Shown here in pieces: positions 1 through 9,430 of a stretch of 64,000 bases of DNA (position 1 is its first letter; every line of letters starts with the position of its first letter). A program made the position numbers and the translations under genes. Under the pieces are notes generated by a model. It saw only the letters and a program-made list of their open reading frames with translations. It made no database searches and was not told the DNA's origin. This DNA comes from a virus, in the IMG/VR virus record IMGVR_UViG_3300043570_000998, positions 1 to 64,000 of that record; one strand, given 5' to 3'.

Positions 1-201
1 GGTATTTATATTGGCAATGGCAAAGTTATTGACGCACTAAATCCTACTTATGATACTCAAATACGCAGTCTATCTTGGTTAAAAAGATCTGTTGGTCCAG
101 CAGTATTTGTTAGAGTTATTGAACCAGACAGAGATTTTAATCCAGATAAAATAACTCAAGAAATTATAGATGGCACTATTGAATTAGATTTCACTCGCTA
201 G
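1..201 (+). CDS. C-terminal part of NlpC/P60-family peptidase (5' truncated by window)
   Basis: Frame 1 reads GIYIGNGKVIDALNP... to TAG at 199-201, matching the NlpC/P60 (HV)GIY.G.G..I.A motif. Confidence 0.7.
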   Translation, partial: GIYIGNGKVIDALNPTYDTQIRSLSWLKRSVGPAVFVRVIEPDRDFNPDKITQEIIDGTIELDFTR

Positions 202-203
202 TC

Positions 204-276
204 TGTTATAATTAAACAATGGCTGGCACTCAGGCTCGTCTCTCATACCCACCATCCTGAGTGTCAGTCTTTAATT
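204..276 (+). ncRNA. Candidate small hairpin RNA / 13-codon leaderless mini-ORF unit
   Basis: TGTTATAAT at 204-212; 14-bp stem 221-234/256-269 with two G-U pairs; 21-nt loop; T-rich tail; ATG219..TGA260 gives MAGTQARLSYPPS. Confidence 0.4.
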
Positions 277-277
277 A

Positions 278-286
278 TGTTATAAT
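278..286 (+). promoter_or_regulatory. Extended -10 promoter, probably leaderless transcript
   Basis: TGTTATAAT 6 nt upstream of ATG293, no Shine-Dalgarno. Confidence 0.65.
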
Positions 287-292
287 AAATGT

Positions 293-664
293 ATGGCACT
301 TCAAGAATTCTTTGGCTCTGACCCTGCTCGTATTACCTGGAAAATTGTCCGTGGTGATACGTCAGCTATTACAGTTTCATTTCTACAAGATAATGAAACC
401 ACAGCATACACAACTACTGGTTGGGACTTTGTAGCAATTGCATACAACCCAAAAACAGACACAGAGTACGAGCTTGAAACATCTATGGCATCTAACGTAT
501 TGACTATTACCGCCCCATCAGATATCACTGTTGAGTGGGGTAGCACATACGGATCAATCGTAGCAGAGTTATTATTCGACCTACAGGTAGATACTGGTAC
601 AGAAATCTGGACTCCTATCGTTGGAACTATTAGTGTAGTTGGAGATGTTGGGGGTAGCCTCTAA
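293..664 (+). CDS. Virion structural protein, BppU-like N-terminal fold; paralog of 2200..2604
   Basis: TW.IVRGDT motif, beta-rich, lies in fibre cluster. Confidence 0.55.
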   Translation: MALQEFFGSDPARITWKIVRGDTSAITVSFLQDNETTAYTTTGWDFVAIAYNPKTDTEYELETSMASNVLTITAPSDITVEWGSTYGSIVAELLFDLQVDTGTEIWTPIVGTISVVGDVGGSL

Positions 665-777
665 TGGCAGTAGTTAAAATTGTAGATTCTAAGTCTTCAT
701 TACCCCCAGTAATTGAAGTAACCGTTGGCGGTATACCAACTATTTATAAAAACAAAACTACCTCTTTAGTTTTCTGA
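664..777 (+). CDS. Small hypothetical protein (37 aa)
   Basis: TAATG overlap with upstream gene; MAVVKIVDSKSSLPPVIEV...; fills the gap; absent from ORF track. Confidence 0.55.
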   Translation: MAVVKIVDSKSSLPPVIEVTVGGIPTIYKNKTTSLVF

Positions 778-783
778 TATAAT
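775..783 (+). promoter_or_regulatory. Extended -10 promoter, probably leaderless
   Basis: TGATATAAT 6 nt before ATG790. Confidence 0.65.
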
Positions 784-789
784 TAATCT

Positions 790-1176
790 ATGGCAACATA
801 CTTATCTTCTAATATTACCGCTACCGTTCCAGCATTAACAGATGATGCAAACGTTGTTGCGGCATTTCAAGACTATCACGCCAGCATAGCTGACGATATT
901 GATAGCAGAGCTAGTAAGACTAGTCCATCTATTACTGGAACTATAACAGCTTCTGGAATCATTACAGCAAACGCTGGAACTATTACCGCAAGCACAGTTA
1001 CTCTTGTTGGTCAGGCAAACGCTGCTATTGCTGCTGGCAGATACATTGCTGGAACTGGTACTGCAAATGTATTAGCAAATACTTCTAGTGCGGTAAGAGT
1101 ATTTATTTCACAGGCAAATCCAAATGGCTGTACAACAGCACTAACAACAGGGGATCTCTGGATTAGTTGGACCTAA
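790..1176 (+). CDS. Short tail-fibre-like protein
   Basis: Thr/Ala-rich; ends GDLWISW, like the end of 4745..6472. Confidence 0.55.
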   Translation: MATYLSSNITATVPALTDDANVVAAFQDYHASIADDIDSRASKTSPSITGTITASGIITANAGTITASTVTLVGQANAAIAAGRYIAGTGTANVLANTSSAVRVFISQANPNGCTTALTTGDLWISWT

Positions 1177-1177
1177 T

Positions 1178-2179
1178 ATGTCAAAAAATAATGTAACACT
1201 TGGCGATGGACTAACGGATATTGGATATAGTTATTCATTAAGCACTACTACTGGAACAGACTTTACTTCCTTGTGGAATACCCCATTAACATATTTAAGT
1301 GGTGGCTATACAAGTTCTGGAACAGTAGCCTCAACAGCAAGACCAGGAATAGTTTCTAATCTTCAATTAAGGCTTGGTGGAACTTATGGTGGATATTCTG
1401 GAACAAATGATGGTTCATTACAAATGTCAACAGAACAAGATGGGGCTGGAGGAATAACCCTTACATATGGATCATACGCTCAAACTGGAACAACAAAAAC
1501 TTTTAGTTCTGGAACAATTGATTATCCAATAGATACTTCAAGAGATTATTATTATGGGGCAGATTCTGGATCAAACGATGGAAACTTTCTTTTTGCAAGG
1601 GCTGTTAGTGCTGGAGACACATACAGGGACGGTGTGGCTATTGCATCATCAGAAATGTCTGGTCAATTAACATATGAAACAATTCCGTCTAAACCAGTAA
1701 GTATTTCTGCAAGCAACGTTCTTCAAACTACACTAACACTAGATTGGACAGCACCACTTGATGATGGTGTTCAAAACCCTTCTGGATACTCTGCTGCAAA
1801 TATTAAAGGCTACAGAATCGCATACAAAGCAAACGCATCACCAACCTGGGTTGTTTATACGGCAAACACTGGAACATCAGCCTTAACAGGATCAATAACA
1901 GGATTGTCAGTAAATACTAAGTATGACTTTCAAGTTTCTGCACTTAATAGCATAACTGATAGACACGCAGCATTTTATTCTGTTGCATACGCAGATATTG
2001 CAGCAGCTGTTGGAGAAAGAAGTGATATTCTTACTGTTACAACTCTTGCGTCTGCCCCAAAACTTTGGAATGGAACAGCTTGGACTGCAACAACTCTAAG
2101 AGTTTGGAATGGATCATCTTTTAGTAATGCAGACATTAAAGTATGGAATGGTTCAGCTTGGACTCCACTAATTCTATAA
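1178..2179 (+). CDS. Fibronectin type III domain virion/adhesin protein
   Basis: LDWTAP..DG...GYRIAYK...GL...TKYDFQVSALN FN3 signature; three C-terminal WNG..(W/F) repeats. Confidence 0.7.
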   Translation: MSKNNVTLGDGLTDIGYSYSLSTTTGTDFTSLWNTPLTYLSGGYTSSGTVASTARPGIVSNLQLRLGGTYGGYSGTNDGSLQMSTEQDGAGGITLTYGSYAQTGTTKTFSSGTIDYPIDTSRDYYYGADSGSNDGNFLFARAVSAGDTYRDGVAIASSEMSGQLTYETIPSKPVSISASNVLQTTLTLDWTAPLDDGVQNPSGYSAANIKGYRIAYKANASPTWVVYTANTGTSALTGSITGLSVNTKYDFQVSALNSITDRHAAFYSVAYADIAAAVGERSDILTVTTLASAPKLWNGTAWTATTLRVWNGSSFSNADIKVWNGSAWTPLIL

Positions 2180-2199
2180 TGTGATATAATTTAATTACT

Positions 2200-2604
2200 A
2201 TGGCAACACGTAAAAATTATCCTGTTGGAAATGTTCCACCACTTGTAACGTGGACAGTTGTCCGTGGGGATACCGCAGCATTTCGTGTTTATGTAACGGA
2301 CGATACAAAGACTGCACTCAATGTTACATCTTGGACTAAATCAATGCAGATTAAACGTCCAACTGTAGAGCAAACAGTTCCAGAAATGACAGATGCTGCA
2401 ACACTTATTACAACCGTCACACCTGCTGCAGTTGCAGGAGATGGCACTGGAGAGTTTACAGTAAAGCTAACTTCTACACAGACCAACCTTTTAGAAACAG
2501 GTGATCTTTTTGATATTGAAATCAAAGACGCAACCAGAATTTGGACAGTCTGCCAGGGCAGTATGATCGTAATTGAGGATATTACTAATTCAGGAATGAG
2601 CTAA
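2200..2604 (+). CDS. Virion structural protein, BppU-like; paralog of 293..664
   Basis: TWTVVRGDT motif; TGATATAAT at 2182-2190. Confidence 0.55.
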   Translation: MATRKNYPVGNVPPLVTWTVVRGDTAAFRVYVTDDTKTALNVTSWTKSMQIKRPTVEQTVPEMTDAATLITTVTPAAVAGDGTGEFTVKLTSTQTNLLETGDLFDIEIKDATRIWTVCQGSMIVIEDITNSGMS

Positions 2605-2912
2605 TGGCTAAAGCAGTTATTAGTGACATTAAGCCTGGCTACCTTGGTTCCGTAGCACAAACCTCATATTCAAACACTTCTGTAACAGGCGAAGCACACT
2701 CTGCAAAGATTACAGATATTATTCACGATGCAAAAGTTACATCTACAAGTTATCCACTTACTACAGTTCGTGATATTGTCTATACAGCAAAAGCTATTGA
2801 CGTTATTCCTTTTTACGTAAGATTTACAGACATTGGAATTGCAGGGTATGGACCAGGAAATCCAGCACCTATCGGTATTGCTATTATCGGTGTAAGTAAC
2901 TACATTTTATAA
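2604..2912 (+). CDS. Hypothetical virion-associated protein
   Basis: TAATG coupling; structural gene cluster. Confidence 0.5.
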   Translation: MAKAVISDIKPGYLGSVAQTSYSNTSVTGEAHSAKITDIIHDAKVTSTSYPLTTVRDIVYTAKAIDVIPFYVRFTDIGIAGYGPGNPAPIGIAIIGVSNYIL

Positions 2913-2939
2913 AAAGATTAATGATATAATTAATGTATT

Positions 2940-3386
2940 ATGGTTAGAGCTACCCTCTCAGAAATTAAAGCTAAGTTTGAAACTGGTGACGTACCTACAG
3001 GTGCTGACTATGCACAACTTATCGATACACTTGCTGCACAAGCAACTGAGCTTGGGACACTTGGTAACAATGAAGAAACAATTTCTGGAATTGAGAATGC
3101 AACAACAGTAGATAGTTTTCCAGCAACTAGTTGGAGAATGATCAAATACCTAGTTTCTATTTCTAAAATTACAGGTGGTGCAAATAAGTTTTTTGCAACC
3201 GAATTAACAATTCTTATTGACGGAACAAATGTTAGCGTTAGTCAATATGGAACAATAGACAATGATGGGGATATTGGAACCGTTAGCGTCTCTCAGGTAG
3301 GAGCAAACGTAACTCTTGTAGTTACCCCAAATCCTGCCGTAACGCCAATCACTGTGCGGTACGCTCGTATGGGATTAAAGGCATAA
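2940..3386 (+). CDS. Virion structural protein (fibre-associated)
   Basis: KFETGD.PT..DY..LID motif; C-terminal domain similar to the C-terminus of 3402..4691. Confidence 0.55.
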   Translation: MVRATLSEIKAKFETGDVPTGADYAQLIDTLAAQATELGTLGNNEETISGIENATTVDSFPATSWRMIKYLVSISKITGGANKFFATELTILIDGTNVSVSQYGTIDNDGDIGTVSVSQVGANVTLVVTPNPAVTPITVRYARMGLKA

Positions 3387-3401
3387 TAAGGAGATAATAA
3401 A

Positions 3402-4691
3402 ATGGCAACAGTCAATAAAAACTTTAGAGTCAAGAATGGCTTAACTGTTGAAGGTAACGTAACCATTACAGGTACTAACGGAACCATCAATAGCTCAAAC
3501 ATTCTTACCGAAGCTACCGTAGCATATCCAAGCATTCCTAACGTGTTTGGAACAATTAGTGCTAACGGAACATCAGTCGTTGCAGATACCAGCACTGATA
3601 CACTTACACTCACACCAAGTACTGGAATTACAATTGAGGCTAATGCAACAAGCGATACCATTACAATTACAAACTCAGATCCTGGTTCAGCACAAAATAT
3701 CTTTAAAACAATTAGTGCAAATGGTACATCAATTGCTGCTGATTCTAATACTGATACTTTAACTATTACGCCAAGCACTGGTATTACAATTACTGGAGAT
3801 GCAGGTACTGATACAGTAACAATTACTAACTCTGGTGTAACAGGTCTTACTGGAACTGCAAATGAGGTTGAAGTTTCTGGGTCTACTGGTTCAGTAACAA
3901 TTGGTCTTCCTAATGACGTAACAATTGGTAACAACCTTACCGTTACAGGAAACTTAACAGTTAGTGGTACAACTACAACCCTTAATACAGATACCCTTGC
4001 TGTAGAAGACAACATCGTTGTTCTTAATAGCAACATTACTGGAACACCAGCTCTTGACGCTGGCATTGAAGTTGAGCGTGGAGATTACACCAATGCAAAG
4101 ATCTACTGGAATGAGACAGACAATGCCTGGTATGTTTCAACACCTGGAGATAGTGCAGGTGCTGCAACTAACGCTGCAATTGCAACTGGTGGAAGCACCA
4201 ATCTATTTAATACTATTTCAGATGGTTCAAATACAGCTACCCCAGATTCAGCAACGGATACTTTAACATTTGCTGCTGGAACTGGTCTAACAGTAGCGGT
4301 AAATGGTACAACAGATACAGTCACATACGGACTTGACGCAAGTGCAACTGCTTCAGTTTTGTCTGTAACACTTCCAAACTCTAAAATTGAGGACGGTACA
4401 GTTACAGCAGCTGGAACAAGTGTAAATATTGATACCTTTACACTAGCCACTTACAAGTCAGCTAAGTATGTTGTTCAAATGACAAACGCTGGTGGCGATG
4501 CACACCTTGTTGAAGTTCTTGTCACAGCAGTTACAACAAATGCATATGTTGTTGAATATGCAGAACTTATCACAAATGCCTCACTTGGTGATGTTACTGC
4601 AGACAGTGACGGAACAACCGTTACAGTTTCTGTCGGTAGCACAGCATCTGGAGTTGTTGTAAAACACTCAGTGACATACATCGAAGCCTAA
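3402..4691 (+). CDS. Tail fibre / tropism-determinant-like protein with internal repeats
   Basis: RBS AAGGAG; three N.F.TIS.......D...DTLT repeats; GNLTV.GTTTTLNT..L.VEDN and AGIEVERG motifs of phage fibres. Confidence 0.65.
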   Translation: MATVNKNFRVKNGLTVEGNVTITGTNGTINSSNILTEATVAYPSIPNVFGTISANGTSVVADTSTDTLTLTPSTGITIEANATSDTITITNSDPGSAQNIFKTISANGTSIAADSNTDTLTITPSTGITITGDAGTDTVTITNSGVTGLTGTANEVEVSGSTGSVTIGLPNDVTIGNNLTVTGNLTVSGTTTTLNTDTLAVEDNIVVLNSNITGTPALDAGIEVERGDYTNAKIYWNETDNAWYVSTPGDSAGAATNAAIATGGSTNLFNTISDGSNTATPDSATDTLTFAAGTGLTVAVNGTTDTVTYGLDASATASVLSVTLPNSKIEDGTVTAAGTSVNIDTFTLATYKSAKYVVQMTNAGGDAHLVEVLVTAVTTNAYVVEYAELITNASLGDVTADSDGTTVTVSVGSTASGVVVKHSVTYIEA

Positions 4692-5090
4692 TTAGTTAGT
4701 CGTCGGGTATCATTATCTGGTATAATTTACTAAGGTGATGATACTTGACTACTATTAATAAAGACTTTAGGATCAAAAATGGTCTGATAGTCGATGGTGC
4801 TAACGCTACTGTAAATGGTAGTAGCGTTCTTACTACCGCATCTTCTATAGATGCTCTTAACGATGTAACGATTACAACACCAAGCTCTGGGCAAGTTCTT
4901 AAATGGAACGGTACTGCCTGGATTAATGATACTGATGCTACTGGTGCTGGCGGAGGAGGAAATGTATTTGAAACCATTTCTGCAAACGGTACTTCAGTAG
5001 TTGCTGATTCTTCTACAGATACCCTCACAATTACTCCTGGTAGTGGAATGTCAATTGTTGGCAATGCAACATCAGACACAGTAACATTCT
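3541..5090 (+). repeat. Dispersed ~40-codon repeat, four copies across two genes
   Basis: Copies near 3541, 3697, 4201 and 4961 (NVFGTISANGTSVVADTSTDTLTLTP and variants). Confidence 0.75.
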
Positions 5091-6472
5091 CAGTTGATTA
5101 TGCTGAAAAAATTTATTACTTAGTTCGTAACAACACTGGCTCAACAATTCCCAAGGGAACACTAGTATCAGCTTCAGGTGCGGAACCAAGTGGTCGCATT
5201 GACGTAGCACCACATTCAACTACTGGAACACAAGACTCTGAACTTCGTGTAATGGGAATGGCAACAGCAAACATTTCTAATGGTGTGAATGGTGAAGTTA
5301 TTAGTTTTGGAACTCTTGTTGGAATAGACACAAGAGGAGATACTGCCAGTGCTATCGCTGTTGGTGACGAAACTTGGGCAGAGGGGGATATTCTTTATGC
5401 ACACCCCACCGTTGCAGGAAAACTAACTAATGTTCGTCCACAGCACGACCTTGCAGTTGCATTTATTACTGTTAGACACGCATCAACTGGACAGATTGCT
5501 GTACGTATTATTCCAGGAAATCACCACCTTGAGTGGTTACACGACGTAGCGATTGACGGTACGCCAGCAGACAACGAACTTTTAGCTTATAACTCTGCAT
5601 CTAGTCTTTGGATTAATCAAACAGCTGAAGAAGCAGGGGTAGCTAATCTTTCAGGTGCTACATTTACTGGCAATGTTGCTGGTACTAATATAAGCGTAAC
5701 TGGTAATGTTAATGCCACAACTGTTAATGCAACTACCCTGGTCGGAAACACAAACGCTTCTACAATAACAACAGGAACTATTCCATCTGGAATCCTTGGA
5801 AATTCAACGGTATATGTTGGAACAACAGCCGTAGCACTTAATAGAACTACTGCATCACAAACACTAACAGGCGTATCCATTGATGGTAATGCTGGAACAG
5901 TTACTAATGGTGTTTATACAACAACCACATCTTTGCCAAATGTTACCTCTGTAAATAGCACGACTATTCCCAATGCCGCAACTCTTTTAACTACATCAAA
6001 TATTGGTGGATCTGTTCAAGCGTATGACGCTGATCTCACTTCAATTGCTGGTCTTACAAATAGTGCAGGGTATTTATACAATGATGGAACTGGTACATTT
6101 ACATATAATAGTCTTGGAACAAATGTTGCAACATTCCTTGGAACGCCAAACTCTTTAAATTTACTTAATACCGTAACTGATGAAACAGGGTCAGGATTAT
6201 TGGTTTTTGCAACAAGTCCAGTTTTAACTACTCCAAATATTGGGGCAGCAGTTGGAACATCTCTAACTATAAGCGGAACAATTAACGCAAATACAATTAC
6301 TGTTGCACAACAAAAGAATGCAGCCGTTGTCTCTGGGTATAACAGTGCTTCTGGTTCATTTGCCCACGCAAGCAAAGTGATTATGTCTGCTAACGCTACA
6401 GCATCTGCAGCACCAACGCTAAGACCTGATGGAACATCTCTTGCTGCAGGAGATGTTTGGATTAGTTGGTAG
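4745..6472 (+). CDS. Tail fibre protein (TTG start)
   Basis: N-terminus paralogous to 3402..4691 (NK.FR.KNGL.V.G); L.DV.I..P...QVL.WNG..W.N and DETGSG.LVFATSP.L.TP fibre motifs. Confidence 0.7.
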   Translation: MTTINKDFRIKNGLIVDGANATVNGSSVLTTASSIDALNDVTITTPSSGQVLKWNGTAWINDTDATGAGGGGNVFETISANGTSVVADSSTDTLTITPGSGMSIVGNATSDTVTFSVDYAEKIYYLVRNNTGSTIPKGTLVSASGAEPSGRIDVAPHSTTGTQDSELRVMGMATANISNGVNGEVISFGTLVGIDTRGDTASAIAVGDETWAEGDILYAHPTVAGKLTNVRPQHDLAVAFITVRHASTGQIAVRIIPGNHHLEWLHDVAIDGTPADNELLAYNSASSLWINQTAEEAGVANLSGATFTGNVAGTNISVTGNVNATTVNATTLVGNTNASTITTGTIPSGILGNSTVYVGTTAVALNRTTASQTLTGVSIDGNAGTVTNGVYTTTTSLPNVTSVNSTTIPNAATLLTTSNIGGSVQAYDADLTSIAGLTNSAGYLYNDGTGTFTYNSLGTNVATFLGTPNSLNLLNTVTDETGSGLLVFATSPVLTTPNIGAAVGTSLTISGTINANTITVAQQKNAAVVSGYNSASGSFAHASKVIMSANATASAAPTLRPDGTSLAAGDVWISW

Positions 6473-6480
6473 GAGTTTAA

Positions 6481-8433
6481 GTGGTAGCACAATCATTCAC
6501 TCTTGGAGGAACAACAAGTTCCCCATTTAGTGGTGTTAACAACGCTGATTATGTTTCTGAATATAGACCTCAAGCCCAATATGTCTCTCCTTTATCTGGA
6601 GCATTCTTAGCAAATGGAACACCAGGATATGCTACTGGAGCAGGTGTTGTAGGAACTAGCGAAGTACTTAGAAGCGATGGACTTTATTATAGACCGCTTC
6701 TTTGGACTTCAATTTCAATGACTATGAGTGCTGGCAGCAGTACAGTTCAACTGCAAATTGCTAGTAATTCAAATGGTAGTGGTGGAGGTAATGGACCAAA
6801 TCAAGGAGATGCATCAACTGTAACTTGGAACTCAGCAAATGCAACAGAACCTCTTCAAGATATAGGGTTTTCCTGCACAACGACTGGGGCAAATGAAAAC
6901 TACTATCCTGGTTTTGAAAAACAAGATACAAATACAACTACGTTCCGACGAGGAGTATCATCTAATACAACTATTGCACCAAATGGCATTTATTTCAACG
7001 GAACGTTAGTTTCAGCTTGGGCAGGGAACTCTTTGAGGGCTACCGTTTCCTGGTGGCACGTTCCAAATCATCCAACATCATTAACTGCAACTGGTGGAAC
7101 TAATCCTGGAGAAGTCAACCTGTCTTGGACAGCCCCTGACGATAATGGAGGTGATGCAGTTTATGGATATCGAATTGCGTACAAAAAGACTGGAACTGCA
7201 ACGTGGTTTGTATATGGAACAAGTACCTATCAATCACCATCAAATACAACATCAACTTCAGAAACTCTAAGAGGGCTTGATCCAGGATCTGAATATTCTT
7301 TTGTTGTAGCAGCACTCAACATTGTAACTGATAGACATAATGGACCATCAGCTTATCCAAGTAGAATTTATGCAGACTATTCAGCAACTACAGCTCACAC
7401 AGGACAGAATTCAAACATTGCTACTGGAACAGCTACTGCACTTGCAGACGTTGCTCCTGAATTTGGGGCATACAGTGAGGTTCTTGCTAAATTTGTAGCA
7501 GCAAACCCTCAAGTTAGAGGAACTTCCGCTTGGTTCGATGGTACGCCTTGGATTTATGATGGATCTAAATGGAATCGACCTCTTCAAGTAACTGGCGGAA
7601 ATACTGCTACATACACCTCTGCAGGAATAACCTATACTGTTCATACTTTTTCTTCTTCTGAAAATTTTTATGTAAAAGAATGTCAAGCAGGACTAGCAAT
7701 TAGCTACCTCATTGTTGGTGGCGGAGGCGGCGGTGGTGGTAGATATATGGGTGGCGGAGGAGGAGCAGGAGGAGTTCTTTCTGGAACTGCCACTCTGACC
7801 TCTAATACAAACTACGGCATAGTAGTTGGCACTGGCGGTGCTGGTGGTTCTGCAGAAGGAGTTAAAGGTGTTACAGGAAAAGATAGTTCTTTTAATAGCA
7901 TAATCGCTAAGGGCGGTGGTGGAGCAGGGGCTTGGGTCTTTGCAGCAGGTGCAGCAGCTGGAGACGCACAGGGTCTTCCTGGTGGATCTGGTGGTGGTAA
8001 TTCTGGATATCTTGCAACAGCTGGTGGACTTGGTACAGCTGGTCAAGGTAATAATGGTGGTGTAGGTGCAACCTATGGTGCTGGAGGAGGTGGTGGAGCA
8101 GGGGCTGTAGGCTCTAACGGAACTGCAACTGTTGGTGGTGCTGGTGGTGTAGGAGTTTCTAATTCAATTACAGGTTCTGCTGTATTCTATGGAGGCGGTG
8201 GTGGTGGAGGTTCTTACAGCTCTGCAACTGTTCCTCAAGGTGGTAATGGTGGTGGAGGTAATGGAGCTCCTGGTCCAGCCAATACATCTGGTGGCGTTCC
8301 AACAGCTGGCACGAATGGTCTCGGTGGCGGCGGAGGTGGAGCTAATGGATACGGAACTACTGGAGCTACAAATGCTGGTGCTAGTGGTGGTAATGGCGTG
8401 GTAATTATTAGCTATATTTCAAGTATTACATAG
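6481..8433 (+). CDS. FN3 + glycine-rich domain tail fibre/adhesin
   Basis: FN3 paralogous to 1178..2179; C-terminal YLIVGGGGGGG...GGNGVVIISY glycine-rich domain. Confidence 0.7.
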   Translation: MVAQSFTLGGTTSSPFSGVNNADYVSEYRPQAQYVSPLSGAFLANGTPGYATGAGVVGTSEVLRSDGLYYRPLLWTSISMTMSAGSSTVQLQIASNSNGSGGGNGPNQGDASTVTWNSANATEPLQDIGFSCTTTGANENYYPGFEKQDTNTTTFRRGVSSNTTIAPNGIYFNGTLVSAWAGNSLRATVSWWHVPNHPTSLTATGGTNPGEVNLSWTAPDDNGGDAVYGYRIAYKKTGTATWFVYGTSTYQSPSNTTSTSETLRGLDPGSEYSFVVAALNIVTDRHNGPSAYPSRIYADYSATTAHTGQNSNIATGTATALADVAPEFGAYSEVLAKFVAANPQVRGTSAWFDGTPWIYDGSKWNRPLQVTGGNTATYTSAGITYTVHTFSSSENFYVKECQAGLAISYLIVGGGGGGGGRYMGGGGGAGGVLSGTATLTSNTNYGIVVGTGGAGGSAEGVKGVTGKDSSFNSIIAKGGGGAGAWVFAAGAAAGDAQGLPGGSGGGNSGYLATAGGLGTAGQGNNGGVGATYGAGGGGGAGAVGSNGTATVGGAGGVGVSNSITGSAVFYGGGGGGGSYSSATVPQGGNGGGGNGAPGPANTSGGVPTAGTNGLGGGGGGANGYGTTGATNAGASGGNGVVIISYISSIT

Positions 8434-8440
8434 GAGAAAA

Positions 8441-8587
8441 ATGACAAAGTATAAAATTACCGTTTCAGAAACAGGCTCTGAAGAATTTATTGTTGAAGCA
8501 GACTCTTCAAATGAAGCAATTGAGTTAGTTAAGATTCAATTGGGTATTTTAGAAATATCTGGCGATATTGAAACTATTGAAGAATAA
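8441..8587 (+). CDS. Small acidic hypothetical protein (48 aa)
   Basis: RBS AGGAG; MTKYKITVSETGSEEFIVEADSSNEAIELV...; absent from ORF track. Confidence 0.65.
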   Translation: MTKYKITVSETGSEEFIVEADSSNEAIELVKIQLGILEISGDIETIEE

Positions 8588-8604
8588 AACAATATATAAA
8601 TAAA

Positions 8605-8630
8605 GGGGAGCTTTCGCTCCCCAATATTTT
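8605..8630. terminator. Intrinsic terminator between convergent genes
   Basis: GGGGAGC-TTTC-GCTCCCC with A/T-rich flanks. Confidence 0.75.
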
Positions 8631-9402
8631 ATTTCTTTTTAACTCTAGGCTTGGGTTTTGGTTCTTCAATTTTTTCTGCGGTAAGCATAATCTGGTGAGC
8701 AAACTTACCATTAAAGATATACTCTCCTGCGTGTACAATGTCTACCCAAGGAGCAGCAAATACTTCTCCCCCAAGTTCACGGTATTTACGGCAGAAGTGG
8801 TAATCCTCTGATAACAAGATACCCTGCTCAGTAATACTAGTAGCAAAGTATTCAGTAACCATCTGATTTGCATCAAATGCTCCAGTAGATGTGTTAAGCA
8901 TATACTGTGGGCAATGAGGCTTCATCATTTCAAATACCCCTTTCTTAATGAAAAGCATTCCAGTACCAACTTCGGTTACAGGAACTGGCTCATTAAGTTT
9001 AAAGGTAGTTTCGCCAGGTAGCATATTCATAGCAAAATATCCAGAGTAGTCAGAAAGATTCTCTTTACCGCCAATAGCAGCCTGTCGTACTTGTTCCCAG
9101 TTAATGTTCTTCATTGGATAAATAGCACCAATAACATCTTTGCCAGACTCAATCATATTGATAACATCCATATGGTTAAATCCTTCATCTGCATCAATGA
9201 ATAGTAGTGCGTCAGCACCAGACTTCTCAAACTCATAAACCAGGTTGTTACGAGCACGAGTGATTAGGCTTTCGTTGTAGATCTTAGAAAAAGATACTTG
9301 ATACCCTTTTCTGGCAAGCTCAAAGGTAAGAGCCATTAGACCGTCAACGTAAACGCCTTTACAGTTTCCCCCATACATAGGGGTAGCAATGTGTAAATGC
9401 AT
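8629..9402 (-). CDS. Glycosyltransferase (GT-A fold)
   Basis: IATPMYGG, ESLITRARN, LFIDAD (DxD), GTGMLFI and LSEDY.FC motifs; start placed at ATG9402 after GGAGAG. Confidence 0.8.
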   Translation of the reverse strand: MHLHIATPMYGGNCKGVYVDGLMALTFELARKGYQVSFSKIYNESLITRARNNLVYEFEKSGADALLFIDADEGFNHMDVINMIESGKDVIGAIYPMKNINWEQVRQAAIGGKENLSDYSGYFAMNMLPGETTFKLNEPVPVTEVGTGMLFIKKGVFEMMKPHCPQYMLNTSTGAFDANQMVTEYFATSITEQGILLSEDYHFCRKYRELGGEVFAAPWVDIVHAGEYIFNGKFAHQIMLTAEKIEEPKPKPRVKKK

Positions 9403-9430
9403 TGTCTCTCCATCTGTTAATTGTTCTAAT

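Noticed and set aside
3293-4066. 257-aa minus-strand ORF and the many other antisense or alternate-frame ORFs in the track
   Set aside because: They are shadows of plus-strand genes with Thr/Gly codon bias and have no RBS or recognisable motifs
6460-6490. Stop-codon readthrough or alternative genetic code joining fibre and FN3 genes
   Set aside because: The downstream ORF is in a different frame, another in-frame TAG follows, and all three stops end conserved genes normally; no suppressor tRNA
3402-8433. Diversity-generating retroelement acting on fibre genes
   Set aside because: No reverse transcriptase in the window and no template/variable repeat pair with adenine-specific differences seen
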